A stretch of DNA of 64,000 nucleotides, from NCBI GenBank assembly GCA_963666515.2, contig OY762897.2, positions 3,232,001 through 3,296,000 of the forward strand. The letters run 5' to 3'. The first letter of the stretch is position 1, and every line of letters begins with the position of its first letter. This DNA comes from Candidatus Binatia bacterium (GTDB lineage Bacteria > Desulfobacterota > Binatia > UBA9968 > JAJDTQ01). A model generated the notes under the pieces. The model was not told the origin of the DNA, ran no database searches, and saw only the letters and a program-made list of their open reading frames with translations. Shown piece after piece: positions 47,011-56,887 of this stretch. The translations under genes and the position numbers were made by a program.

Positions 47011-48420
47011 CTACGGCCTTTCCCGGGTCACGCCCAGGGACAGGAAATAGTTCTTGATGGTTTCCTTGAACTCGGCGGGGATCTCCTCGGAGGAGAGGTC
47101 CGCCTCCAACTGCCGCCGGTATTGCACCACCACCGCCTCTTCGGACACGGTGCTGTCGCCCGCGCGCGCCTCGCCCCTGAAGCCGAACCCCCGGCTCCGG
47201 CCCTGCCCCAGGAGCCCTTGCAGATGCGTGCGCACGCGCGCCTGGAAGGCGGGGTCGTAGGGCTGCTCCTGCCGGTCCGTCCCGGGCTCGTTTCCCGGCT
47301 GCCGGCCGGCCGGCGGCGACTCTTCCGAGCCGTCCTGGGGCTTTCCGGGCCGGGCCGCTTCGGCCATGGACTCGTCGGGCGCGTCGCCGAGCAGCATCTC
47401 GGTGAGGAACTGCTGCGTGGCCCCCAGCGCCCGGCGGTCCTGCTCCTGTCTGGCCTCCCGCTCCACCCGGTCGAGGAACTGCTGCACTTCCTCCGCGCTC
47501 ATGTCCGCGGAGCCGTCCGGCCGGCGGTCGAGGGAGGACAGCCCCAGGGACTCCAGCAGGTCGGACCGGCTCTGTCCCTGGAACGCGCCGTCCGGCCTGC
47601 CGGCCTCCGACCGCCGCAGATGCTCCCTCAGCCGCTCCAGGGCGGCGTCGGAGAGCGCCGGCCACTCCAGGCCCGCGCCCGCCGGCCACGACCGGGTCAT
47701 GTCTTCCAGCACGTCCACCATGGCCCCCACCGACGCCTCCAGGCGCGACTTCTCCGCGCCGGCCTCGCCCACTTGCCGCTCGGCCATCTCGCGCAGGGCC
47801 TCGGCCATGCGCCGGCTCTCGGTGAGGTCCTGCTCCCGCGCCTGCCGTTCCAGCTCCCGGGCGTGCTCCCGGATCGCTTCGGCCATGCGCGACGGCGCCG
47901 AGGCCGCCTGGGGAGCGCCGCCCGGCGGCAGCCACAGTCCCGCCGCCGCCAGCAGCGCCAGCACCGGGCCGGCCACCGCGCGCCAGTCGAACCGGCGACG
48001 GCTGAGCGGCCGGAGCGCCGCGGCCGCGACCTTCTGCGCGGCTTCCTCCACCACCAGCGACTCTTCCGGCGGGACGCGTTCCTCCGGCGCCTCCCGCGAG
48101 CGGGAAAGGACCTCCCACGCCGTCAGCACCCGCTCCTTGAGGTCGAGCCCGTCGTCCACCCGCTTGAGCGAGGCGATGAACGCCTGCTCGCGCCACGGCC
48201 GAAGCAGAAAGATCAGGGCCGCGGCGACGGCGAACACCACCGGCGCGAACCACAGGAAACCCGCGTCCACCGGCAGCAGGGCGCGCGCCAGCACCAGCGC
48301 CGCGGCCGCCGACGCGGTATAGAAGAAGCTCTCCAGCAACAGGCGTTCGCGGCGCTTGCGCCGCTCCCAGCGGCGCAGGTCGGCCAGCTTCTCCTTCAGG
48401 ATCGCTTCCGGATCGGTCAC
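47011..48420 (-). CDS. Membrane-anchored coiled-coil protein of the MoxR locus
   Basis: Three hydrophobic segments, a long helical region, and C-terminal IPAEFKETIKNYF; GTG 48420 overlaps the upstream stop. Confidence 0.75.
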   Translation of the reverse strand: MTDPEAILKEKLADLRRWERRKRRERLLLESFFYTASAAAALVLARALLPVDAGFLWFAPVVFAVAAALIFLLRPWREQAFIASLKRVDDGLDLKERVLTAWEVLSRSREAPEERVPPEESLVVEEAAQKVAAAALRPLSRRRFDWRAVAGPVLALLAAAGLWLPPGGAPQAASAPSRMAEAIREHARELERQAREQDLTESRRMAEALREMAERQVGEAGAEKSRLEASVGAMVDVLEDMTRSWPAGAGLEWPALSDAALERLREHLRRSEAGRPDGAFQGQSRSDLLESLGLSSLDRRPDGSADMSAEEVQQFLDRVEREARQEQDRRALGATQQFLTEMLLGDAPDESMAEAARPGKPQDGSEESPPAGRQPGNEPGTDRQEQPYDPAFQARVRTHLQGLLGQGRSRGFGFRGEARAGDSTVSEEAVVVQYRRQLEADLSSEEIPAEFKETIKNYFLSLGVTRERP

Positions 48421-49178
48421 GAGTAGCCTTTCTGGATGCGCTTCAGGCCCCGGGCCATGAAGGCCAGGCCCACGGCGAACACGAGCCCCTGGAAAGTCCA
48501 GTGGACGAGGGCCGGCGACCAGTCCGGACCCCACGGCGCGCTCATTTCCAGCGTGCCGAGATGATAGAGCAGAAACGCCACCGGATTCAACGTTTGCGCC
48601 CATGCCCCGAAGGCGCCCGAGATCAGGAAGAAGCAGACGAAGATCCAGCGGATGAAGACCCGGCGGCTGTCCGCCTTGCGCTCCCACCAGGCGAGGCCCA
48701 CGAGTCCCCAGATGCCGTAGCCCACCGCGTACAGGAAGAGCATGGGCAACGTGGTGGCCATGTCGCCCGGCGGCGTGCGGGCGATGCCCGCCGACCACGC
48801 CAGCAGCGGCGCCGCGAGGCACAGCAGGATCAAGCCGTGGACCGCCAGGATGGACAGCAGACCGGACGCCACGGCCACGACTCCGAGCCGCTCCTCCTCG
48901 AGCCAGTGCCGTAGCGGCGAGAACCGCCAGGCGAGGAATTCCAGACCCGCGAAGCGCAGGGCGAGGTAGACGATCAGCAACAGCGTGGCCACCGCGGAGA
49001 ACTTGAAGAGGAAAGCGGGCCCGATCCAGAAACTCGCCTCACCCGAGGGCAGCACCAGCGCCAGCACCTGCAGCGCGCCCAGGATGGCCACGTAGAAAAG
49101 GTAGGTGACGCAGGCCTGTCCCTCCTCCCAGTAGACGGCCGCGCCCTCCCGGAACACCGGGTTGGCCCAGGGTCTCAC
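48417..49178 (-). CDS. Multi-pass membrane protein (ABC-2 permease-like)
   Basis: NPVFRE at the N-terminus, about six TM helices, LNP motif near the C-terminus. Confidence 0.7.
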   Translation of the reverse strand: MRPWANPVFREGAAVYWEEGQACVTYLFYVAILGALQVLALVLPSGEASFWIGPAFLFKFSAVATLLLIVYLALRFAGLEFLAWRFSPLRHWLEEERLGVVAVASGLLSILAVHGLILLCLAAPLLAWSAGIARTPPGDMATTLPMLFLYAVGYGIWGLVGLAWWERKADSRRVFIRWIFVCFFLISGAFGAWAQTLNPVAFLLYHLGTLEMSAPWGPDWSPALVHWTFQGLVFAVGLAFMARGLKRIQKGYS

Positions 49179-51190
49179 AGGTCCTCCTCCTCGGCGCCCA
49201 GCGGGATGGCCACGCGGAACAGCTTGAAGTGGTGCGCCGTGACCCGCGGGTCATCCATCCGCAACTCCGGCTCCTCTCCGCGAATCCAGCAGATGACGAA
49301 AGCCGTCGCCGGGTCCGCGGCCGGCCCTTCCGGGAATACCGAGCGCCGCAGCAGCACCTCGCGCACCCCCTCGTCGAACCGCACGTCCTGCGGCTGGAGG
49401 CCCTCCGCGTCACCGGCTTCGCCGGCGCGGCGAGCCTCGGGCAGTTCCCGTCGCAGGGCGCCGCCGGGCGGCACGTCCCCCAGCCGGTAACCGCCGTCGC
49501 CGACCAGGAGCCAGCACTCCCGAAGGCTTCCGGGGCCGCGGTTGGCGATGCCGATGCGGTAGGTCCGGCGGGACTGCTCCCACTCGATGGCCCCCGGCGA
49601 CGGCCGGACGGCGCGCAGCCGGAACAGCGCCGCGTTCCATTCGGCCAGGGGGACGTGAACGCGGTTGCGCGGCCGTCCCTCCCGCAGCACCAGCGAGGCC
49701 TCCGCGTCAGCGGCGGGCGCCGGCACCAGGTCGAGCTGCGTGAGGTCCCGGCTCAGGCTGAAGGAGAAGTCCTTGTTCCGGGTGGCGAACAGGCCGACGT
49801 TGGAGTGCAGCGGCGCAACGTCCGACCACAGGGCGCCGTCCACCACCGTGGAAGAGATCAGGATGCCGTCCGGCACGTGGCCGCCCCGGTCGAAGTACCA
49901 GTAGCCGCCCAGCGCCCACGCCAGCATCAGCCCCGCCGGCGCGAGGACCAGCCCGTACCGGGACGGCCCGGCGCGCCCCCGGTAGCGGAACCAGAGCAGC
50001 AGCGACCCGACGTAGAGCGCCAGCGCCAGCAGCAGCGACAACATCGGGGAACGCAGGCTGGAGAAGCCGAAATCCTGGAGCAGAGCCGTGAAGATGTCCC
50101 GGCTCCAGGCGGTCCACGGGTCCGAGCGCCGGGAAGGCGGAGCGCCCAGTATCTCCCCGAACAGGCCCGGGAGGCCCGCCCAGTCCGACGCCGGCGGCCG
50201 GCCCACGTCCAGCGCCAGGTACACCACCCTGCCCTCGCCATGCCTCTTCTCCACCAGGATGGGGGTGTCCTGCTCCGCCAGGAGCACCTGGCCGCCGCCT
50301 GTCGGACCGGCTTCCTGGACCAGCGCGTCCTCCAGGACGCCGCCGAACCGGGCCGACAACTCCGGCAGCGCGTCCACCCGCTTCAGGCCGCGCACGGCGG
50401 CCGGCAGCAACCCGGCGGTGGCCCGGTCCTGGTACAGGGCGAAGTGCGCGCCCCCCAGCACCACCAGGATCCCTCCCCCGGAAAGCCAGCCCTCCAGCGC
50501 GCGCCGCTGGCCCCGCGACAGGCCCCGCAGGGACTGCTCGTAGAGCATGACGCTCCAGACGCCGCCGTAGGCTCGGGCGTCCTCGGGAAGGTCGCCCAGG
50601 GGAAGGGAGACCACCGGCACCGGGGTCTGGTAGGACAGGGGGATAGCCGGGGCGACGTTGCTCCGGGTCAGCAGCAGGATCAACGGCTGGCCGGTGAACC
50701 GGCCGCGCAGGCTGACGGCGGTTTCATGGCTTCGGCCGCCGCCGGTGAAACGCAGCAGCAGCGGTTGCGCCACCGAGTCGGGATCGACGGTGACGAAGAC
50801 GACCTTGCGCGCGTGGGTGGAGAGGAAGACGTCCCGCCGCTGGATGAACGAGTAGGGCTCCATGCCCCGGGTGGGCCCGCCGCGGGACTCCACCACCTCC
50901 AGGACGCCGCGGACGGCGACACCGGAGTTGACCAGCTCGATGCGCAACGGCAACGGCTCGCCGAGACGAAAGATGCCTCCGAAGCCCGGCTGCGCCCTTA
51001 TGGAGACCTCGGCCGGCGCGCAAGCGGGCCAGAGAAGCAGCAGCCCCGCGAGAACCGCGGCCCACCCCGCCGGCGCCGGGCGCGGCGAAACGCCGGCGGA
51101 GCGAAGTCGAAGGAAGCTATTCGATGAAAGAGACGTCCAGTACCTCGAAGTTCCGCACGCCCGCGGGCGTGCGCACCTCCACCAAGTCAC
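49175..51190 (-). CDS. Exported/membrane protein with a GATase-like domain; start codon uncertain
   Basis: Signal-like WAAVLAGLLLLWPACAPA, then ALEGWLSGGGILVVLGG and GEGRV, then two TM helices. The only standard in-frame start (GTG 51190) lies inside greA. Confidence 0.72.
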   Translation of the reverse strand: MTWWRCARPRACGTSRYWTSLSSNSFLRLRSAGVSPRPAPAGWAAVLAGLLLLWPACAPAEVSIRAQPGFGGIFRLGEPLPLRIELVNSGVAVRGVLEVVESRGGPTRGMEPYSFIQRRDVFLSTHARKVVFVTVDPDSVAQPLLLRFTGGGRSHETAVSLRGRFTGQPLILLLTRSNVAPAIPLSYQTPVPVVSLPLGDLPEDARAYGGVWSVMLYEQSLRGLSRGQRRALEGWLSGGGILVVLGGAHFALYQDRATAGLLPAAVRGLKRVDALPELSARFGGVLEDALVQEAGPTGGGQVLLAEQDTPILVEKRHGEGRVVYLALDVGRPPASDWAGLPGLFGEILGAPPSRRSDPWTAWSRDIFTALLQDFGFSSLRSPMLSLLLALALYVGSLLLWFRYRGRAGPSRYGLVLAPAGLMLAWALGGYWYFDRGGHVPDGILISSTVVDGALWSDVAPLHSNVGLFATRNKDFSFSLSRDLTQLDLVPAPAADAEASLVLREGRPRNRVHVPLAEWNAALFRLRAVRPSPGAIEWEQSRRTYRIGIANRGPGSLRECWLLVGDGGYRLGDVPPGGALRRELPEARRAGEAGDAEGLQPQDVRFDEGVREVLLRRSVFPEGPAADPATAFVICWIRGEEPELRMDDPRVTAHHFKLFRVAIPLGAEEEDL

Positions 51191-51605
51191 CCACCCGGCG
51201 GCCGATCAGCGACCGCGCCACCGGGGATCCCAGGGAGATCCTCCCTTCCCTGGGCTCCGCCTCGTGCTCGCCGACGATCTTGTAGATGACGTTCTCGTCG
51301 GTGTCGTCGTCCGCCAGCTCCACGGTGGCGCCGAAAACGATCTTGTCGCCGGAGAGCTTGGACACGTCGATGACCTGAGCGCGCGCGATCCTGTCCTCGA
51401 GCTCTCGAATCTGGACGTCGAGCAAGGACTGGCGTTCCTTGGCCGCGTGAAACTCGGCGTTCTCCGACAGGTCGCCGTGGGCCCGGGCTTCCTCGATGTC
51501 GCGAACGTTCCTGGGTCGCTCAACGGATTTGAGTCGCTGGAGATCCTCCAGCAATTGTTGATGCCCCTGCGCCGTCATCGGCACCGGGCCGTCATTGTCT
51601 GCCAT
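51117..51605 (-). CDS. greA: Transcription elongation factor GreA
   Basis: ARAHGDLSENAEFHAAKE...FGATV...ISLGSPVARSLIG; candidate promoter TTGATT-16-TACACT at 51679-51706. Confidence 0.96.
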   Translation of the reverse strand: MADNDGPVPMTAQGHQQLLEDLQRLKSVERPRNVRDIEEARAHGDLSENAEFHAAKERQSLLDVQIRELEDRIARAQVIDVSKLSGDKIVFGATVELADDDTDENVIYKIVGEHEAEPREGRISLGSPVARSLIGRRVGDLVEVRTPAGVRNFEVLDVSFIE

Positions 51606-51738
51606 CTACTGCACCTCTGAAAAAATTTCCGGGCAAGCCGAGGCACCGCCTCGGCCTGCCCGTGATTTCAGGTCGGGTAGTGTAACACCGGGCCACGAGA
51701 AATCAAAGAACGGGCGGAGATCCCGGAATCAGGCGGGG

Positions 51739-51814
51739 GGTGGGGTCGGGGTCAGGCCCTGGGACTCCGAAGGGCGGACCCAACGTCGCCCCAGGGCCTG
51801 ACCCCGACCCCACC
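51739..51814. repeat. Perfect 25-bp inverted repeat around a conserved core
   Basis: Arms 51739-51763 and 51790-51814; core CCGAAGGGCGGACCCAACG shared with the hairpin at 62601-62684. Confidence 0.9.
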
Positions 51815-51876
51815 TTTCGTCGTCGCTGGCTTGACCGGGGGCGGAGGGGCAGAGGTGACGGGAACGGGCCGTCGGT

Positions 51877-52878
51877 TCAGGACTCGCGCGGCGGGTTGGG
51901 CCAGGAGCGCTTGCCGGGGCCGAAGACGTGGCAGGCGGTGCCGTGGCCGCCGAGGGAGAAGTCCAGCTCCGGCTCCACCTCGGTGCAGACCTGCTCGCGG
52001 TACGGGCAGCGCGGGTGGAAGTTGCAGCCGGTCGGCGGGTTGACGGGGCTGGGCACGTCGCCTTCCAGCACCATGCGGTCCTTCTTGGGATTGGGGTCCG
52101 GCATGGGCACCGCGGACAGCAGCGCGCGGGTGTAGGGGTGCCGGGCGTCGGTGTAGATGGCCTCGCTGGGCGCGATCTCGACCACCTTGCCCAGGTACAT
52201 GATGGCCACCCGGTGGCTCACGTGCTCCACCACCCGGAGGTCGTGGGAGATGAAGAAGAAGGTCAGGCTCATGCTCTCCTGCAGCTCCTGCAGGAGGTTG
52301 ATGATCTGTGCCTGAATGGACACGTCCAGAGACGACACCGGCTCGTCCGCGACGATGAACTTGGGCGACACGGCCAGCGCCCGGGCGATGCCGATGCGCT
52401 GGCGCTGGCCGCCGCTGAACTCGTGGGGGTAGCGGTCGTAGTGGTCTTCTCTCAGCCCCACCTTGTCGAGCAACCCCATCACCTGGTCCTTGCGGTCGTT
52501 GCCGGAGGCCATGCGATGGATCTTGAGGCCCTCGCCGATGATCTCGCCGACTCTCATGCGGGGGTTGAGCGACGCGTAGGGGTCCTGGAAGATGATCTGC
52601 ATGCGCCGGCGCAGGTCGCGCATCTCGGCGCTGGAGATCCGCATGATGTCCTTGTCCTCGAACAGGATCTCGCCGTCGGTGGGCTCGATCAGGCGGAGGA
52701 TGGTCCGGCCCAGCGTGGACTTGCCGCAGCCGGACTCGCCCACCACGCCCAGGGTCTCGCCGTCCTCCACCGTCAGGCTGACGCCGTCCACCGCCTTGAC
52801 GTCGCCCTTGCGCCGGGCGAGCAGCCCTTCCTCCACCGGGAAGTACTTCTTCAGGTTCCTGACTTCGAGCAAGCTCAT
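51877..52878 (-). CDS. Oligopeptide/dipeptide ABC transporter ATP-binding protein (OppF/DppF type)
   Basis: [39 protein letters not shown]. Confidence 0.94.
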   Translation of the reverse strand: MSLLEVRNLKKYFPVEEGLLARRKGDVKAVDGVSLTVEDGETLGVVGESGCGKSTLGRTILRLIEPTDGEILFEDKDIMRISSAEMRDLRRRMQIIFQDPYASLNPRMRVGEIIGEGLKIHRMASGNDRKDQVMGLLDKVGLREDHYDRYPHEFSGGQRQRIGIARALAVSPKFIVADEPVSSLDVSIQAQIINLLQELQESMSLTFFFISHDLRVVEHVSHRVAIMYLGKVVEIAPSEAIYTDARHPYTRALLSAVPMPDPNPKKDRMVLEGDVPSPVNPPTGCNFHPRCPYREQVCTEVEPELDFSLGGHGTACHVFGPGKRSWPNPPRES

Positions 52879-52908
52879 GGGATCAGTCGTCCTGTAGCGG
52901 GGACACCC

Positions 52909-53871
52909 CTAGTTGGTTCTGTAGCACGCTACCCACTGGTTGCGCGCCTTCTCCTCCAGAGTGGGCTCGTGACCGGCGCATATCCCGGACGCCTTGAAGC
53001 AGCGGTCCCGGAAACGGCACCCGCTGGGAAGGTCCAGCGGACTCGGCACCACGCCGGGGATGGCGTCGAGGCGCCGCTTGCTGGTGCCGCTGGGCAGCGA
53101 GTTCAGCAGGCCGATGGTGTACGGGTGCAACGGCTTGCTGAAGATCGCCTCGGGCTTGGCGCGCTCGACCATCCGGCCGGCGTACATGATGGCTACGTCG
53201 TCGGCCTGCTCGGCCACCACCCCGAGGTCGTGGGTGATCAGCAGCAAGGCCATGCCTAGCTGGGTTTGCAGCTCGCCCATCAACTCCAGGATCTGGGCCT
53301 GGATGGTCACGTCCAGCGCCGTCGTGGGCTCGTCGGCGATGAGCAGGCTCGGGTTGCATGACAGCGCCATCGCGATCATCACGCGCTGGCGCATGCCGCC
53401 GCTCATCTGGTGGGGGTAGTCGTTGACCCGTATATCGGGATCGGCGATCTTCACCAGCCGCAGCATCTCCACCGCCTTGTCCTTCGCTTCGCGCCGGGAC
53501 ACCTTCTGGTGGAGCCGGACGGCCTCCATGATCTGGTCGCCGACGGTGAACACCGGGTTCAGCGAGGTCATGGGCTCCTGGAACACCATGGAGATCTCGT
53601 TGCCGCGGATCTGCCGCATCGACTCGTCCGAGAGCTTGAGCAGGTTCTCGCCGCGATAGAGTATCTCGCCCTCCGCCACCCGTCCGGGAGGGGACGGGAT
53701 GAGCCGCATGATCGAGAGGGCGGTGACGCTCTTGCCGCAGCCCGACTCGCCCACGAGGCCGAGGGTCTTGCCCGCTTCGATGGTGAGGTTGAGTCCGTCC
53801 ACCGCCGGGAACTCGCCGTCGGCGGTGACGAAGGAGGTGTGGAGATTCTTGATTTCGAGCAGTGTCGCCAT
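52909..53871 (-). CDS. Oligopeptide/dipeptide ABC transporter ATP-binding protein (OppD/DppD type)
   Basis: [38 protein letters not shown]; start ATG 53871. Confidence 0.94.
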   Translation of the reverse strand: MATLLEIKNLHTSFVTADGEFPAVDGLNLTIEAGKTLGLVGESGCGKSVTALSIMRLIPSPPGRVAEGEILYRGENLLKLSDESMRQIRGNEISMVFQEPMTSLNPVFTVGDQIMEAVRLHQKVSRREAKDKAVEMLRLVKIADPDIRVNDYPHQMSGGMRQRVMIAMALSCNPSLLIADEPTTALDVTIQAQILELMGELQTQLGMALLLITHDLGVVAEQADDVAIMYAGRMVERAKPEAIFSKPLHPYTIGLLNSLPSGTSKRRLDAIPGVVPSPLDLPSGCRFRDRCFKASGICAGHEPTLEEKARNQWVACYRTN

Positions 53872-54068
53872 GCCCAGATGCCGCTCCCTGCCGGCAGGCC
53901 CCATCGGACCCGCACGCGCGAACTTTACCAAAAAAGGGCCGGGGTGCAAACGAGTTTGCGGCTCTCCGCGGCTGTCCGTACTCACACCCCACGCGGCCGG
54001 AACCTTCCAGTCCTCGTCGGTGAACGCGCGACCATGCGAAAACGGGCGCGGTCTGGCATACTCGCCCC

Positions 54069-55661
54069 ATGCGCTTCTTCAACACGACCGGCCCCGTCCG
54101 TCTTGACGAACACTACGGGATCCCGCCGCTCGAACGCCTCGACCTCGACGAGGTGCTGGCCCTCGTTCACCAGAAGAAATACTTCGTCCTGCATGCACCC
54201 CGCCAGACCGGGAAGACGTCCGCCCTGCTCGCCCTCCGGGACCTGCTCAATGGCGGAACCGCGGGCGGGTACCGCGCGGTCTACGTCAACGTCGAGCCCG
54301 CCCAGGCCATGCGCGAGAACGTCCACGAGGCCATGCGCACCATCCTGAGCGCCCTTGCCTCCCGGGCGCTCCAGACACTCGGCGATCCCTTCGTGGACGA
54401 GAACTGGCCCGACATCCTGGCCCGCTCCGGCGCCGGCGCCGCCCTCGGCGAAACACTGTTGCGCTGGGCGCGTTCCGACCCCCGCCCAATCGTACTGTTC
54501 ATCGACGAGATCGACTCCCTCATCGGCGACACCCTGATCTCGGTGCTGCGCCAGCTACGGGCCGGCTACGACCAACGCCCGCGACACTTTCCCCAGAGCG
54601 TCGTCCTGTGCGGCGTGCGCGACGTGCGCGACTACCGCATCCACGCGAGATCGGAAAAGGAGATCGTCACCGGCGGCAGTGCGTTCAACGTCAAGGCCGA
54701 GTCGCTGCGTCTGGGGGACTTCACCGAGGCCGAGACCCGCGCCCTGCTTACGCAGCACACCGAGGAGACCGCGCAGGCGTTCGCCCCGGAAGCCCTCGAC
54801 ACCGTGTGGCGCCAGACGCGAGGCCAGCCGTGGCTGGTCAACGCGCTCGCCTACCAAACCTGTTTCCGGGACCGGGCCGGGCGCGACCGTTCCCGGCCCA
54901 TCACCCGGGAGGCCATCCTCGCCGGGCAGGAGGCGCTCATCGTGCGGCGCGAGACGCATCTGGACCAACTCGCCGACAAGCTCCAGGAGGAACGCGTGCG
55001 GCGGGTGGTCGAGCCCTTGCTGACCGGCGCTGCCCACCAGGTCGCCAGTCGGGACCTCGAATACGTGCGCGACCTCGGCCTCGTGGCGCCCGACGACCCC
55101 CCGCGCATCGCCAACCCCATCTACGCGGAGGTCGTTCCCAGAGAGCTGACCTGGGGCACTCAGGCCAGCCTGCTCCACGAGACTGCCTGGTACGTCACCG
55201 CCGACGGCGGCCTCGACATGGAGAAGCTCCTCGAAGCGTTCCAGCGTTTCTTCCGCGAGCACTCCGAACACTGGGCCGAGCGCTTCCAGTACCGGGAGGC
55301 GGGGCCGCAGCTTCTGTTGCAGGCGTTCGCCCAGCGCATCGTGAACGGCGGAGGGCGCATCGAGCGCGAGTACGGTCTGGGGCGCGGGCGGGTGGACCTG
55401 CTGCTGCTCTGGCCGCGCGGCTCGGCACCCGGCGCCGCGGTGGAGCGGCACGTGGTGGAGTGCAAGGTCCTGCACAAGAGCCTGGAGACGACGGTGGCGG
55501 AGGGGGTCGAGCAGACCGTCGGGTACATGGACCGGTGCGAGGCGGACTCCGGGCACCTGGTGGTGTTCGACCGCACCGATGGCAAGTCCTGGAAGGAGAA
55601 GGTCTTCCGCCGCCAGGAGACCGCGCCCGACGGGCGCCCCGTCACGGTGTGGGGCATGTAG
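54069..55661 (+). CDS. P-loop (STAND/AAA-like) ATPase with a C-terminal PD-(D/E)XK-like domain
   Basis: [10 protein letters not shown] Walker A, VLFIDEID Walker B, TRGQPWLV; C-terminal [12 protein letters not shown]...VVECK...GYMD. Confidence 0.82.
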   Translation: MRFFNTTGPVRLDEHYGIPPLERLDLDEVLALVHQKKYFVLHAPRQTGKTSALLALRDLLNGGTAGGYRAVYVNVEPAQAMRENVHEAMRTILSALASRALQTLGDPFVDENWPDILARSGAGAALGETLLRWARSDPRPIVLFIDEIDSLIGDTLISVLRQLRAGYDQRPRHFPQSVVLCGVRDVRDYRIHARSEKEIVTGGSAFNVKAESLRLGDFTEAETRALLTQHTEETAQAFAPEALDTVWRQTRGQPWLVNALAYQTCFRDRAGRDRSRPITREAILAGQEALIVRRETHLDQLADKLQEERVRRVVEPLLTGAAHQVASRDLEYVRDLGLVAPDDPPRIANPIYAEVVPRELTWGTQASLLHETAWYVTADGGLDMEKLLEAFQRFFREHSEHWAERFQYREAGPQLLLQAFAQRIVNGGGRIEREYGLGRGRVDLLLLWPRGSAPGAAVERHVVECKVLHKSLETTVAEGVEQTVGYMDRCEADSGHLVVFDRTDGKSWKEKVFRRQETAPDGRPVTVWGM

Positions 55662-55734
55662 CCGGGGACGGCGGCTGACAGTGCCGCCCGCGTAACGCGT
55701 CACGAATGGACTCCCGGAGTCCGTGCGCGTTTCA

Positions 55735-55763
55735 TTGATCGACCCCAGGAATCCTGTTAGACG
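55735..55763 (+). promoter_or_regulatory. Candidate promoter of the seven-gene membrane/GlmL-like operon
   Basis: TTGATC-17 nt-TAGACG with an extended TG. Confidence 0.4.
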
Positions 55764-55778
55764 CCAAAATCGGGTCCT

Positions 55779-56081
55779 ATGCGCTCACGAGCCATGGAAG
55801 CGCCTCACCAAAGCCACACCGGGAACACCGACGCCCTCATCGAGCAGCTCGCCTGCGCGGTGCATGCCCGCCGCATGACGGTGCCGGCGGTCCTGTTCCT
55901 GGAAGCCCACAAGCCGCTGACTTCCCTGTTCCATACCGCCGCGGTCATGAGCCTGCCGATGCTGCTGCCGCTGTTCGGGGCGCGGGCGCGGGAGCTGCCG
56001 GCGTTCCTGCAGTCCCGCGACAACGTCGAGCGGCTGATCCGGCGGATCGAAGAGCTGGCCGGGGAGGGCGGGGACGGCTGA
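55779..56081 (+). CDS. Small hypothetical protein, first gene of the operon
   Basis: MTVPAVLFLEAHKPL...RDNVERLIRRIEE; TGATG coupling to the next gene; alternative start 55794. Confidence 0.75.
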   Translation: MRSRAMEAPHQSHTGNTDALIEQLACAVHARRMTVPAVLFLEAHKPLTSLFHTAAVMSLPMLLPLFGARARELPAFLQSRDNVERLIRRIEELAGEGGDG

Positions 56082-56887
56082 TGCCGGGGTTCGAGAACGC
56101 CACCCCCGCGGTGCTGGTGATCATGGCGCTCATGATCGGGCCGGTGCTCTACTACATCCGCGTCGCCCGCCGGCGAAGGGACCTCTACGTCCGGCGCCTG
56201 GCCGGGGTGGACGCCATCGACGAGGCCGCCGGCCGGTCCGCGGAGCTGGGCCGGCCGCTCTCCTTCTGCACCGGCATCACCAACATCAGCCCGGTGCTGT
56301 ACGCGTGCCTCGGGGTGCTCTACTACGTCGCCCGCAAGGCCGCGCAGTACAAGTCGCGCCTGCTGCTGCCGCAGAACAACCCCGAGGTCATGGCCATCGC
56401 CGAGGACGTGCTGCGGGACGCGTACCGCGCCGAGGGCCGGTCGGCCCAGTTCGACCCGCGCAACGTCCGCTTCCTCTCCGAGGAGCAGTTCGCCTTCGCC
56501 GCCGGCTACATCGGCCTGGTGCAGCGGGAGCGGGTGGCCGGCGCCTTCCTGTTCGGCCACTTCGCCGCGGAGTCGCTGATCCTGGCGGAGGCCGGACAGC
56601 AGGCGGGGGCCATGCAGGTGGGCGCCTCGGTGAGCCCCGAGCAGGTGGCCTTCTTCATCGCCGCCTGCGACTACACCCTCATCGGCGAGGAGCTGTTCGC
56701 GGCCTCGGCCTACCTGACCCGTGAGCCGATCCAGCTCGGCAGCCTCTACGGGCAGGACCGCGCCAAGCTCTTCCTGTTCCTCATGATCGTGGCCGGCGTG
56801 GGCATCGCCACCGCCAACGCGGTCTGGCCGGAGCTGGGCCTCACCAACCTCGACACGCTGATGACGCAGGGCTGGGGGGCCGGATGA
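56081..56887 (+). CDS. Membrane-anchored alpha/beta protein (recalled as DUF6754-like)
   Basis: N-terminal TM, VRRLAGVDAIDEAAGRSAELGRP, QFAFAAG, AESLILAE, CDYTLIGEELFAASAYL, C-terminal TM. Confidence 0.8.
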   Translation: MPGFENATPAVLVIMALMIGPVLYYIRVARRRRDLYVRRLAGVDAIDEAAGRSAELGRPLSFCTGITNISPVLYACLGVLYYVARKAAQYKSRLLLPQNNPEVMAIAEDVLRDAYRAEGRSAQFDPRNVRFLSEEQFAFAAGYIGLVQRERVAGAFLFGHFAAESLILAEAGQQAGAMQVGASVSPEQVAFFIAACDYTLIGEELFAASAYLTREPIQLGSLYGQDRAKLFLFLMIVAGVGIATANAVWPELGLTNLDTLMTQGWGAG

